Shown in pieces: positions 12,913 through 27,377 of a DNA stretch of 64,000 nucleotides. How positions within the stretch are numbered: the stretch's first letter is position 1; each line of letters begins with the position of its first letter. The notes below the pieces were generated by a model. It ran no database searches. It saw only the letters and a list, made by a program, of their open reading frames with translations, and had not been told where the DNA came from. The stretch is from Selaginella moellendorffii (taxonomy: Eukaryota > Plantae > Lycopodiophyta): positions 442,336 to 506,335 of the forward strand of contig NW_003314344.1 of the NCBI RefSeq assembly GCF_000143415.4, given 5' to 3'. The position numbers and the translations under genes were made by a program.

Positions 12913-15689
12913 ATGTTGTCCAAGTCTTATTCCAATCTTCTGGAGCTCGCAGCTGGCGATCTGCCTCCGTTTGTTCGGGGCAGGATGCCACGCGTGATGA
13001 CAGTGGCAGGATTTCCCGCAGAGCTCCAGCAGCACGAGGATGACAACAACGGCAACAGCGGGAGCAGCTTGATACCCGACTGGAACTCGTGCACGGCGCA
13101 GGACCGGACGATCATCGTCGCCAACATGCTCCCGTTGAACGCGGAGAGGAATCCCAGCAGCCTGTGCTGGGACTTTAGCTGGGACGAGGAGTCCCTCCTC
13201 CTCAGGCTCAAGGATGGCCTCCCTGAGGACATGGAGGTTCTTTACATCGGCTGTCTGAATGTCGAGGTGGAGGCTCAAGAACAGGACGAAGTGGCTGCCA
13301 GCCTCCTTGATCGTTTCAACTGCGTCCCGGCATTTCTACCGAGCCATCTCCGTTCCAGGTTCTACCATGGTTTTTGCAAGCAGCACCTGTGGCCGCTCTT
13401 CCACTACATGCTCCCTCTCAGCCCGGACAACGGCGGCCGCTTTGATCGCTCGCTCTGGCAGGCTTATCTTTCCGTCAACAAGATCTTTGCGGACAAGGTC
13501 ATGGAAGTGATATGCCCGGACGACGACTACGTTTGGATCCACGACTACCACCTCATGGTGCTGCCTACGTTCCTCCGCAAGCGCTTCAACAGGATAAAGA
13601 TGGGATTTTTCCTGCACAGCCCGTTCCCATCCTCGGAGATATACCGCACTCTACCTGTCCGGGACGAGATACTCAAGGCCTTGCTCAACTCCGACCTGAT
13701 AGGATTCCACACTTTCGACTACGCGAGGCACTTCCTCTCGTGCTGTAGCCGGATGCTGGGGCTCGAGTATGAATCCAAGCGGGGGTACATTGGTCTCGAC
13801 TACTACGGGCGGAGAGTCGGGGTGAAGATCATGCCTGTTGGGATCCACAAGGGACAGATAGAAGCCGGCTTGCAAATGGAGAGTGCAGTTTCCCGGCTGG
13901 CGGAGCTACGGGCTCAACACGAGGGGAAGATCGTGCTGCTAGGTGTGGACGACATGGACATCTTCAAGGGGATAGGCCTCAAGTTTCTAGCCATGGAGGA
14001 GCTGCTGAGGCTGCATCCGGAGCTGCGAGGCAAGGCAGTGCTGATACAGATAGCAAATCCGGCACGGGGCAGAGGTAAAGACGTCGTGGAAATTCAGCAG
14101 GAGGCGTATGCTGTGGCCAGGCGGGTGAACGACACGTTTGGATGGGAAGGATACCAACCTATCGTGCTGCTCGAGAGGCACGTCCCCTTCCACGAGCGAA
14201 CAGCTTACTACGCCATCTCCGAGTGCTGCGTCGTCACAGCCGTCAGGGACGGTATGAACTTGATACCGTATGAGTACATTCTTTGTAGAGAAGGCATTCG
14301 TGACGAGCAGCAGCAGCAGCAGCAACAGGCTAGTGGTCAGCGATCTTTAAAGAGGAGCATGCTCGTGGTGTCGGAGTTTATAGGCTGCTCGCCGTCACTC
14401 AGCGGGGCCATACGAGTGAACCCGTGGAACATAGAGGCGCTGGCAGAGGCTCTCAACGCGGCTATCTCCATGCCGGAGGCGGAGAAGTGTGCAAGGCACG
14501 AAAAGCACTACAAGTACGTGAGCTCGCACGACGTCGGGTATTGGGCTCAGAGCTTTGTGACGGACCTGGAGAGAACTTGCCAGGATCATGCCAGGAGGTT
14601 GTGCTACGGGATTGGATTTGGGTTGGGATTCAGGGTGGTGGCATTGGATCCAAACTTTAGGAAGCTTTCCGCGGAGCATATAGCGTCGGTTTACAGGAGG
14701 TGCGGTAGCAGAGCTATACTTCTCGACTACGACGGCACAATGGTGCCCCAGTCCTCGGTGAACAGGACGCCTAGCGAAGAAGTCGTAGCAATTTTGAACA
14801 CGCTGTGCAATGACCCCAGGAACGTGGTGTTCGTCGTAAGCGGTCGGGAGAGGAAGACTTTGAGCGATTGGTTTGAGCCGTGTGACAAGTTGGGACTTGC
14901 GGCAGAGCACGGGTTTTACTACAGGTTTTTGTTTAGCTTTATCTTACCGCGGGGCAGACAACTTACGTTTGCCTGATGGTTGTACAGGTGGTGCAGGGAC
15001 AAGGAATGGATAATGAGCGTGTCGGCGACGGAGTTTGAGTGGAAGCAGATTGTGCTGCCTATAATGCGGCAGTACAAGGAGAGCACCGATGGTTCTTTCA
15101 TCGAAGCCAAAGAGAGTGCTGCAGTTTGGCACCATGAGGATGCCGATCCCGACTTTGGTTCGTGGCAAGCCAAGGAGCTCGTCGACCACTTGGAGAACGT
15201 CCTGGCAAACGAGCCGGTTGCTGTCAAGACTGGTCAGCACATAGTCGAGGTGAAGCCACAGGTAAGCAGGAAACGTGTCTTTCTTTCTTTCTTGCTTGCT
15301 TGCACTGGCCTGGCTGATCCCTTTTTTGTTTTTGGGAACTAAAGTGCAACCTTTTGTCGGCTTGTTTTCAGGGAGTGAGCAAAGGGATCATTGTCGAACG
15401 TATCTTGCAAACGATGGCGAGCCAGGGAACGCCCCCGGATTTTATTTTGTGTGTCGGAGACGACAGGTCTGACGAGGACATGTTCGAGAGCATCGCTTTA
15501 CAGCACTCGGCGGAGCTGTTTGCTTGCACAGTCGGGCAAAAACCCAGCAAGGCCAAGTATTTTGTTGACGACACGCCGGAAGTTATCAGGATGCTGCAAG
15601 GACTGGCCAAAGTGTCCGGCTCCGGCGTCAATTCCATAGCTGGACTCGCGACCTCATTCTCTCAAGTCGCTCTTTCCAGTTCGATATGA
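12913..15689 (+). CDS. TPS: Class II trehalose-6-phosphate synthase/phosphatase (TPS5-11 type); introns 14925-14987 and 15262-15371
   Basis: MLSKSYSNLLELA, WIHDYHLM, FFLHSPFPSSE, RDGMNL, LDYDGT and GDDRSDEDMF. The two-intron layout is typical of class II TPS. Confidence 0.96.
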
Positions 15690-16582
15690 GCGCCAAGTCG
15701 TCGTGCTGGTGAGAAAGCTCCTCGTTTTTCTTGCTTGTTTTGAGCCGGGCTTTTACTCTCGTTTGAGTTGTTTCTAACGTACTTTTGCCTTTCCTCAGGC
15801 CCCGTCTCTCCATGGACGCTTACGTGCGAGCTACCGGAATGAAAATGGTCTAAAAGTCACAGCAAAGAAAAAAGGTTCGTGTCAATCCTTAGCAGCGAAT
15901 TGATGAGCTCCTGCCGCTCGACTTATCACCAACTGGATTGTTTCTAGATTGAGACCGCCCAGGAAGAGAGAGAGTTAGAACGACGGCGAGAGAAAATGGA
16001 AAGAAATGAATAAACGTGGCTCTCTCGGAGGAGACCACCACGCCACCATGCCTCGATCGATGATTACTTGACAAGCACAGGAAAATCGCCAGCGCAACAA
16101 ACCAAGACGATCATCGCGAAAACTATGTGAATATATTTAAATGCTTTATAGATGCTCTAAACGATGCCGAGGATATTCGACGCATTATCCGCTCGTGGAA
16201 AAAGAACGCGACGAGATTCAATTCAATGGACCAACACAGATTGGATAAGATTACAGTACGAGAAGTGCCAACAGGCTGGGCACAGCTGGTTAGATCTCGA
16301 CCATTCCTCGCATCCGACGGCTACGCACACAATACGAGGAAAACAAGATGGTCAAAGGGCCATGGCCATGCATCTCCTGCCATGGCCATCTATGGTCATG
16401 CGCATGCCCATGACCATGCCATGGTGGCCAAAACGCCAAAGAGAGTTATAGAAATACTTTGCCTCTTTGTTTGCTACCTCTTCAACAAGTTGCAAATCAA
16501 AACTAATCTATCAGGACTAATGCAAGTGTTTTGCCCAAAACTTTGTTTTTTTTTTTTTTTGTCAAAGAACATTTCCAACTCT

Positions 16583-17387
16583 TTAGCCGAGCATCCCTTT
16601 GATCTGTAGGATCTTTTCAGCGGGATTTAGTCCCTTTGGACAAGTATTTGAGCAATTCCGAATGGTGTGGCATCTTCCAATCTTCATCTCTCCCCGGAGG
16701 GCCTCCATGCGCTCTTTGGCAAAGTCATCACGGCTATCAGCAATCATTCTAAACATTTGGAAACAATTTAGTAGGGAAAAACAATGTGGAATGGCAATAC
16801 ACTTACTTATATGCTTGGAGCAGAATTGCTGGACCAGGGAATGTAGGTGTGTTCCACCAGTAGCTAGGGCAAGAAGTATTACAACAGGCACACAGGATGC
16901 ACTCCCACATTCCATCCAATTTTGCTCTCTCTTCTTTGCTTTGCAAGAACTCCCGCTGCCCATCTTCTTTTTGGTGTTTGGTCTTCAGCCATGGCTCAAT
17001 GCTCTTGTATTGCTGATAGAAATGGGTCATGTCCACCACCAAGTCCTTAATCACAAACATATGGGGCAGAGGCAACACCACAGTCGAGGCAATACCATCC
17101 TCATCCCTGCCAACTTTTGTTAGGCAGGCCAAGCAGTTCTTACCATTGATGTTCATAGCGCAAGAGCCACACACGCCTTCGCGACAAGAGCGCCTGAAGG
17201 TGAGGCTCGAGTCGTGCTTGTTCTTGATCTCAAGCAAAACATCAAGCATCATAACGCAGTTGCTGGTGTCAACCTTGTAGTCTTGGAGGTGGGGTGATTT
17301 GCCATCCTGGGGATTGTATCTGTACACCTGAAAGGACCGTAATGCATTGCTGGTCGAGCACTTTCTTCCTAAAACTCGTGAAAGCAT
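16583..17387 (-). CDS. SDH2: Succinate dehydrogenase iron-sulfur subunit; intron 16806-16749
   Basis: [30 protein letters not shown] and [15 protein letters not shown] Fe-S clusters. Telo-box aaaccctaa at ~17405 upstream. Confidence 0.95.
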
Positions 17388-17748
17388 CCTCCTCCTCGAA
17401 AGCTAAACCCTAAAAGATGGCCTTATTTTAAGTTCTAATCATCTAATGGGGTTTAACCTTGTGAACAAAAACAAAGATCCATATAGCGTCATCATATCTT
17501 CGTCTTTGTCACTTGGCCAAAGCGCCAAACAGATCTAGAGATACTTTGCTTCTTTGTTTGCTTCCTGTTATAAAACTATCAAGCCGCGACGCAACGAATC
17601 TGGCTTAACTTATAGCGAGTGTTACGAATGAGGGAATAAAATGAAACGCATCGTCACTTCGCTTGCTGCCAAGCCTCCGTAGATCCTTATCGGAAGATTG
17701 TGAGAGTTTTAAGACGAGAGAGCGAGAACTTGGACAAGCGAGCTTACA

Positions 17749-19420
17749 TCACTCGCATTTCCGGATGCCACACACACATGCCCAGCCATTTTCGTCGCTG
17801 ATTTCTATATCGCGCAGGAACGGGGAATAAGTCCTCACAACGCTTTCAACCTGTAAAGACGTTGATGGATTTGGCATCAAATTAAAGACAAGATAGAAAA
17901 ATCGCAGAGGAGAAGAAAAAAAAGAGATGCTTTACCTGTTCGAGTATAATGCCAGAGAGGCCAACTTTTCCTTTTGGTCTTGTGTAGCCGGCGATGGAGT
18001 TCGCGAGAGTGAGAAGCGGGTTGAGAAGGATGTTTGCGACGACGACGTCGAAAACTCCGGGCCCATGCGGCACGGGATCGTCTTTATCGTCGGCTGCAGC
18101 GATGAAAACCTCGAATGCGTGTGGATCGAGAGCGTTCAACGTCGCGTTTGAAGCCGAGGAAGATACTGCCATGGGATCAATGTCAACTCCAACTGCATGT
18201 GAAGCTCCCATCTAAACAAAACCAAAGAGAGAAAAAAACAGAGAGTAAGAACAAGAGTAAGTAGTAAAAAATGTTACCTTCAACGCCGCTATCGCAAGGA
18301 TGCCTGAGCCTGTCCCATAGTCTAGAATATTGTCCCCGCTTCTCACTGACTTGTGCAGCCATTTCAAACAAAGCTTTGTTGTTGGATGCTCTCCAGTGCC
18401 AAATGCCAGTCCCGGATTAAGAATGATGTTGGTCGCCTCACTGTCCTGTGGAACAAAAAACACAATGCTTGTAGCTACTTGTCACCAGCAGCAAGTGGCT
18501 CACCTACAGGAGGCGTGCACCACTCTGGCACGATCCAAAAACGTGGAAGCACTTGCACCGGTTGGAACGAATCCTGCGTTTTGTTTTTCTGAGAGAGTCA
18601 GCTTCACGCCCCGGAAAAGGAAAAAACCGAAACGAAGAGAGAGAGAGAAGGGAAAACAAAAAAAAAAAACAAAAGGAGAGGAGAAGAGAAAGACCAACCT
18701 TAACTTGCTGCAGCCAATCGCACTCGTGGATTATTTTAAGCTCGTACTTTGGAACCTCTTTCAGCCCCAGCGTGTCAGCTGCGAGCGCAAAAACCTCCGA
18801 GACATCAACGTCTCCTCCGAACATGGCTGTGATGCAACTCTGTAAAGCGCACAAAGTCAGGCCGACTTTCACAGAAGGGAGAAAGACAAAGAGAAATCAC
18901 ATATCCCAAAACGAACCTTGCTCCAAAAACTACGCGAATCCCCAGCCTGCCAGGGAACTGGACCATCTTTCTACAGAAGCGAAGAGAAAGAAATCATTAA
19001 AGTTCGAGCAAGGCAATGGAAAACTATGCACGGAAAAACGCAAGAAAAAAAACCCAAAAACTGAGTGGAACTGTCGCCAAACAAAAGGAATTATTCTTAC
19101 CTCCTCTTCTTCCTTGTTTGCATCCTCAATGCTGCAAGAAGTAGCTCCAAAACACATGAGCGCTTCCATGAGCTCGTCCTGGAGCGAAATCAGTGTGGCG
19201 CTCACTCACATTTCGCGAATCAAACACTCACAGCTGCTTTGCCGCTACAGAGAATGCTGGCCGACTGCATCGCCGAGGGCGAGGATTTGAGCGCCAGCGC
19301 GCGCCCGTTGCCCGCCGCCGTCGCCGCCGCGCGCGCCAATGCCGGAAGAGCACACGCCACTGCGCTGCGCAAAGCCATAAACCCTTGGCCCCCAAAAGCC
19401 CTAATTTCAAGTGGAGGCAT
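17749..19420 (-). CDS. PRMA: Ribosomal protein L11 methyltransferase (PrmA), organelle-targeted, multi-exon
   Basis: [56 protein letters not shown] and GLSGII, plus an Ala/Arg-rich transit-like N-terminus. Confidence 0.92.
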
Positions 19421-19577
19421 ATTCGCCAAGGCACACAAGAATATGCTTTGGTCCACGTGTGTACAAACAATGAAAGATATTTTGTAAGGGAATCCAAGCA
19501 GAGTGGCAAGGACCAAGTACTACTTCAGAACTCTTTCTCGATTCGATCTGGGCATTTGCGACCATAGCCTAGCTCGA

Positions 19578-21642
<2,065 letters not shown>

Positions 21643-21693
21643 GAAACTAGAATGGAGTTTCTCTGTAAAATGTCTGTGTGTTTGTGTGTGGGG

Positions 21694-21718
21694 AAGAGAG
21701 AGAGAGAGAGAGAGAGAG
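21694..21718. repeat. (GA)n microsatellite
   Basis: Run of gagaga between HXK and the PPR gene. Confidence 0.9.
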
Positions 21719-21755
21719 GTTTAATTGGGGTTTATACAGAGGTTAGGGTTTGCAT

Positions 21756-23765
21756 ATGAAAATTTTGGCGCGCAGATGCCCTCCGCTAGGGTTTTTGCGC
21801 GACGAGGAGGAGGAGCTCGCGGCGCTGCTCAGGTCTTGCAACGATGCCGCCCATCTCTCCCAAGGCAAGCGCATCCACGCTCACATCCACCACAGCGGCC
21901 TCGCCCACAGCACCCATCTCCAGAACCGCCTCATCCAAATGTATGGCAAGTGCCGCCGCCCTCGCGAAGCCCAGCTCGTCTTCGATCATATCCGGGCCCC
22001 CGATGCCGACTCCTGGATGAATCTCATCGCCGCCTTCGTCCGATCTGGCGCCGAGAGAGAGGCCCTCCATCTCTACGCCGCCATGGACGTCTTTCCGCCC
22101 AATCCCTTCGTCTATCCCAGCGTCATCAAGGCTTGCTCGGTTCTTCGCGATCTAGCGCAGGGGCGAGAGATCCATCGCAGGATCATCCAACACCAGCACT
22201 GCCTCGATGCTGTCACCTCCACCGCGCTCGTGGACATGTATGCCAAGTGTGGGGATTTGGAGACCGCCGCCACCATCTTCTCCTCGATCCAGGAGAAGAC
22301 GCTCGTCTCCTGGTCTGCCATGATCTCCGGCTACGTTCGCAACGAGCGCTACTCCCAGGCGATTGGGATCTTCCACCGGATGAACTTGGAAGGCCTGGAA
22401 CCCGACGACTTTATCCTCTCCAGCCTTCTCCTGGCGTGTTCTAAGATCCAAGCTCTGGATCAAGGCCGCACTATCCATGCCAGGATCCTTTCTTCTTCTT
22501 CTCCGGCAGCCACGAACTTGGTTGTGGAGACTGCGTTGATGGTGATGTACGCCAACTGCGGGAGCTTGATCGATGCAAAGTCCATGTTTGATGGCATGAG
22601 CAGCAAGGATTCCATCGCCTGGGCCACCATGATCGAAGCTTACTTCCGGTACGGCGACGCTGGAGCCGGGATCGCTGCTTTGAGAGTGATGATCCTCGAG
22701 GGCGTCAAACCGCAAGCTAAGTTCTTCACGGCCTTTCTCAGCTCCTTGAGAAGACTGGCCGCTCCATCCCTGCTGCTTCTACTTCCCGACGTGAGGAGAG
22801 TTTTCTGCTGGATTGCTTCCACCGGGCTGGACGTGGCGAATGCGGGCGTTGGAAACGCTCTCGTGAGTCTCTTCGCGGCCTGTGGTGCCGTGGACGACGC
22901 GGTGGCGGCGTTCCAGCGAGTGAGTTTCCGGACGGTCGAGTGCTGGAACTCGGTGATCCTGGCACTGGCAAGCGCTGGCCGGGAGAGAGAGGCGCTGGAT
23001 CTCTTCCAGGAGATGGAAAAGACGAGTGCTTTGGTTCCAGACGCGGTGACGCTGAATAGGATCCTCGGTGCCTGTGCTGCCATCGGTGCTCTGGACGAAG
23101 GAAGAGCGATACACTCTCGGCTCAAGCTCCACCCGGACGGTCCCGTGGGAAACTCTCTCGTCCACATGTATGCCAAGTGTGGAAGCCTGATGGAAGCTCG
23201 CCAAGTTTTCGAGGGAATGGTCGAGAGGAACGTCGTCGGCTGGACTGCTATGGTCGTTGCTCTTGCCCACCACGGCTTTCACGGAGAATGCCTGGAGAAG
23301 TTCCGGTTGATGAGGCACTATGGCATTGATCCCGACGGTGTCACCTTCACGAACTTGCTGAATTGCTGCAGCCACGCCGGACTGGTATCTCGGGGATGGA
23401 TGTTCTTCGCAGCAATGACGCAGGATCACGGGATGGAACCCACGGCAGAGCAGTACGAGGTGATGGTGGACTTGGTTGCAAGGTGTGGAAGACTGGAAGT
23501 GGCGGAGGAGCTCATGGAAGCCATGCCTTTTCAACCGGATGAGGAGGGCTGGCTCATCGTTCTAGGAGCTTCCAAAACCCAGGGAGACGTCGAGCGTGCT
23601 TGCTGGGCGGCCCGAAACTCTCTTGCGTATGGGAGAGTAGAGTCTTCGCCGTATGTGCTCCTCTCCAACTTACATACCAACGTTGCAAATCTTCAAACTA
23701 TTGCTCCTATTTCTATTGAGAGTGAAAATATAACATCACCAGCAAACCATTTTGAGATTCTTTAG
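21756..23765 (+). CDS. PLS-class pentatricopeptide repeat protein ending in an E domain, no DYW
   Basis: Repeated LIQMYGKC/LVDMYAKCG, VSWSAMISGY, LNCCSHAGLV and SPYVLLSN; intronless. Confidence 0.93.
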   Translation: MKILARRCPPLGFLRDEEEELAALLRSCNDAAHLSQGKRIHAHIHHSGLAHSTHLQNRLIQMYGKCRRPREAQLVFDHIRAPDADSWMNLIAAFVRSGAEREALHLYAAMDVFPPNPFVYPSVIKACSVLRDLAQGREIHRRIIQHQHCLDAVTSTALVDMYAKCGDLETAATIFSSIQEKTLVSWSAMISGYVRNERYSQAIGIFHRMNLEGLEPDDFILSSLLLACSKIQALDQGRTIHARILSSSSPAATNLVVETALMVMYANCGSLIDAKSMFDGMSSKDSIAWATMIEAYFRYGDAGAGIAALRVMILEGVKPQAKFFTAFLSSLRRLAAPSLLLLLPDVRRVFCWIASTGLDVANAGVGNALVSLFAACGAVDDAVAAFQRVSFRTVECWNSVILALASAGREREALDLFQEMEKTSALVPDAVTLNRILGACAAIGALDEGRAIHSRLKLHPDGPVGNSLVHMYAKCGSLMEARQVFEGMVERNVVGWTAMVVALAHHGFHGECLEKFRLMRHYGIDPDGVTFTNLLNCCSHAGLVSRGWMFFAAMTQDHGMEPTAEQYEVMVDLVARCGRLEVAEELMEAMPFQPDEEGWLIVLGASKTQGDVERACWAARNSLAYGRVESSPYVLLSNLHTNVANLQTIAPISIESENITSPANHFEIL

Positions 23766-23935
23766 TTCCTCACAGTCACGCGAAGCTTACCGCATACCAT
23801 GCAAGAAGTCTCCTCCATTTTCTTCGATTCCTTCGGTGCCGTTACAAGAAAGAAGATGATCAGCTTCGAGTATAAGTAAGAAACTCGGGGTTTGTGCGCA
23901 CCAGTTTGAAGCTTTTTTTCATCTCAGCTCCCAGG

Positions 23936-24319
23936 ATGTCTTCTTCAACTTCGTTGGCCTGTGTGCTCGCTGTTGCGTCTCTGGTTTCCATGGCTGCCAC
24001 CCAGCAGCTGAGCCACTGCAGGGAGGAGAGGGACGGTGTCTTCTCGAGCGAGGAGATCGACTTCTCCACCCCATACGCCACCAATCAGAATCGTCTCCTC
24101 GACATCCTCAAAGACACGGGCAGCGACTCTTCCAACTACACCAGCGTTGGAGACGCTCCATACGTTGCTTACGGTTTTGCCGAGTGCTATGGCGACTGCG
24201 GTAATTGTCTCGTTGAGGCCAGGAACACCATCAAGAACACATCTCCACGGGCCGTGGGTGCTAGCCTCTGCACTGATGCCTGCTACTTGCGCATCGAGAA
24301 TTACAGCTTTTTCAACTAG
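23936..24319 (+). CDS. Secreted Gnk2/DUF26 (ginkbilobin-2-like) protein, copy 1
   Basis: Signal peptide, PYATNQNRLLDIL, AYGFAEC..C..CL, AVGA..C..CYLRIENYSF. Confidence 0.85.
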   Translation: MSSSTSLACVLAVASLVSMAATQQLSHCREERDGVFSSEEIDFSTPYATNQNRLLDILKDTGSDSSNYTSVGDAPYVAYGFAECYGDCGNCLVEARNTIKNTSPRAVGASLCTDACYLRIENYSFFN

Positions 24320-24887
24320 TCGCAAGCCTGCAGCACGGTAAGAGGTTATAGACACTCTAGCGGAGAATAACATAGCCTCTGTTTGCAAGTACCTCGAGAG
24401 CTCGCATGGGTAGGATATGATCGTCGGACATGCCTGTGTATTGTTCAGCTTCCACTGACTGGGACGTGATAGAAGTCCGACGCTGCATCTTGTTTCCAGT
24501 TTCTAAACGAAAGCCTGCAATGTAAGAAGTTAATCCCAACATTCAATGAAAGTATAGAACAACCTCGTGATTCAACTCCAAATAATAGCAAAATTAGATC
24601 CGGTCTTCAAACCAACCTGGTCAAGGAGACACTGTTGATCTCCTCCCAACGTCATCTACGCCAGCTGAAGCATAACAGACAGTTTCGAAATTAGATAGTA
24701 ATGCCAAGTCACTGGATGACAATGTCTTACCGCGTGCCTAAGAAATCTTCTCCAAAGTTGTGCCGTAAGCGAATCAGCCACCACGCAAGAAGTTCCTCGA
24801 GTACAAATAGGGGCCTCAAGGCCCTGCCGAAACCATTGAAGGATATTGTTTCATCCAAGTTGGTCCTTAGCTCATCTCTTGTTCTCG

Positions 24888-25265
24888 ATGGCTTCTTCGA
24901 CATCGCTGGCTTGTCTGTTGGCTCTTGCTCTGCTGGTTTCCATGGTTGCAGGCCAAGAGCTGAGTCACTGCACCGAGGACAGGAACGTTGTCTACTACAG
25001 CGGAGAGATCGACTTCTCCACCCCATACGCCACCAATCAAAATCGCCTCCTCGACATCCTCAAAGACACGCGCAGCGACTCTTTCATCTACACCAGCGTT
25101 GGAGACGCTCCATACATCGCTTACGGTCGTGCAGAGTGCTATGGCAACTGCGGTAACTGTCTCGTTGAGGCCAGAAACACCATAAAAAACGCCGTTCCTC
25201 AGGCTGTGGGTGCTCGCCTCTGCACTGATGATTGCTACTTGCGTTTCGAGAACTACAGCTTCTAG
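24888..25265 (+). CDS. Secreted Gnk2/DUF26 protein, copy 2 (tandem paralog)
   Basis: Highly similar to copy 1: AYGRAECYGNCGNCL, AVGARLC..CYLRFENYSF. Confidence 0.85.
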   Translation: MASSTSLACLLALALLVSMVAGQELSHCTEDRNVVYYSGEIDFSTPYATNQNRLLDILKDTRSDSFIYTSVGDAPYIAYGRAECYGNCGNCLVEARNTIKNAVPQAVGARLCTDDCYLRFENYSF

Positions 25266-25374
25266 ACGAATCCTGTACCAAAGTCAATAAAACTGTGAAG
25301 TATTCACTCTCTCTGCGTACCTCCTGAGCTTTTGTCAGGAAGATTATGGTATATACGACTGTACATGGGTCGCT

Positions 25375-27008
25375 TTAGTGGAACCCCATCGTGTTGCCTA
25401 GTATGAACAGTACGAGTGACAGCTCGAATCCAAATATCGCATACAGGAATCCTCGATCCAGAACGAATCCATAAAGAGAGATTCCCGCATTGCAATGTTG
25501 GAGGTACGTTACTGCATCAACATAAAGCCAGCATCAGCTCAAAGGCACGCATGAATCAAAGAAACCAAAATCCAGCACTAGAATGGAAAGCGTTGTCACC
25601 TAGTGCCTGACGCTTCTGGAACGAGTCAATATCATACTTTGATGGTTCCTTGGGCGTAGAACATATATCTATCGTTGCCTCCAGGCGCGCGAGAAAGGGA
25701 TGCGCAGGCCCGACCACTGCACTCGCAACTGGCTCGGTGGCCTTGTCCGCGTCGCACGAAGGCATGGCCACTGCGTACGTTCCGCAAGTTGCTACTGCGT
25801 GCCACTGACTGACTATAGCAACTATCCTCTGAGCTCTGTGAGTTATCCTTGCGGCTCCATTCAGGCAGACAACAAATCCAGTAAGCTGTACTGCTGAGCA
25901 AACCTGCCAAAGAGTTTGAGAGAGGAAGTTAGCACTGCTTGCTTCAACAGAAAAAAAAACAAGAAAATGAGAAAAGTTTACCGCTAAGTCGCCAGCTCTG
26001 AAGAAATTAACAGAACCGCGAGAGGTGGTGAGCATAAATAGCGAAACGAATTGGCTGAAAGTGATGGTCAGTAAAGAGGATACCATGAAAACCCGGAACC
26101 GATGGCTGATTATAAGGAGCTGGTCTCGAATTCTCATGTGTTCCGAAAGAATAACGGAGACATCCGGCGTCTCCTCAAGAAGCTTGTTGTAGCTCTGGAG
26201 GCGAAGGATCTGGAGCGAGCATAGTAACCGGAACAGGACGCAGACGAAAAGAAAGATCGTTGTCTTGTAGAGCCATGCTGCCATCACTGATACGCACATT
26301 ACCGCATTTATCAGCGAGCTCTCGGAGACCCGTGGAAGGTTCACCGACACGTAATAAAACCACCAAAGTTTGTGGACGAGTGCCACTAGAAAACTCGGGA
26401 AGAGGATCATTGCTAGAACACGAAAGGCGCTCTGCGAAGAAAAGTATAAAAAAAAAAAAAAGAAGAAGAAAAGGCTTCTTGTCAGCATCACCATAGAAAG
26501 CGCAAAAAAGAAAGGAAGAACTTCACGAACTTACATGGAGCTCTTTTTTGTAGCCCACTTGTACTTCGGTGGAGTCTCTCGCGATATAGTCGAAGAGAAG
26601 AAGCTTGTGAAGCCCATAAACCGAGAAGATGTGAGACACGCAAAGGAACGAGACCATCGCGAGCGCTGATTCCGAAATCTCCACTATTCCCTGATACGGA
26701 TGCTTGTGGTCTTCGTCACAGTGGCGGCAATCCACCAGAAGCGCATTGAGCAGCGGCACGAGCAGTGTCATGAGGAAGAAGAGAACCCAGGAGCAGATCA
26801 TCCGCGGCGCCGTGGATTGATCCAGTCCCAGCCAGAACAAGCTCGCCTTGAATTGCTGTATCTCCTCATCGGAATTGGGGAACCTCTGCCGATAATCACC
26901 GGGAGAAGACGACCGATTCGCCTCGGAGCTTCGATCCCCGGGTGATTCCTGGCTTACCTCATCGCAGAGAACGAGCGGAGCGGCAAGATTGCCGTCGGCC
27001 TGCGCCAT
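25375..27008 (-). CDS. DUF3537 family membrane protein, 4 exons
   Basis: FWLGLDQS, EHMRIRDQLLIISHRFR, AARITHRAQRI...QWH, FQKRQALVTYLQH..GISLYGFVLDR. Confidence 0.88.
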
Positions 27009-27377
27009 CGGAGAGGAAATCTTGGATCCCTAGCCTTGACATGCACGAAATCCCTTCCAGCTCCGCTACATCCGTGCCGACGAAGGAACCAGAGCGATCC
27101 CTGGCCGCCTTCGCCCGCAAGCGAATCCAGAATTCCTGCCACCAAGGCCCTGGAGCTTGGAGATCACGAAAGCGCGCGATCTTGGTTTGGATTTCCCACA
27201 GCAAGAATCCAAAAAGCCTCCATTTCCCCCGCGCGCTGCAAGAGCCCTAGAAAACGAAGCATCGAGCGCCGGCACGTCGCCGGTCAAAATGCCGACACGT
27301 GGCCCGGTCGGACGGCTGGAAAAGCGCGCCAGGATATTCCACTTTTGAAAATGGAATCTTCGCCAACCGGGGCTAGC

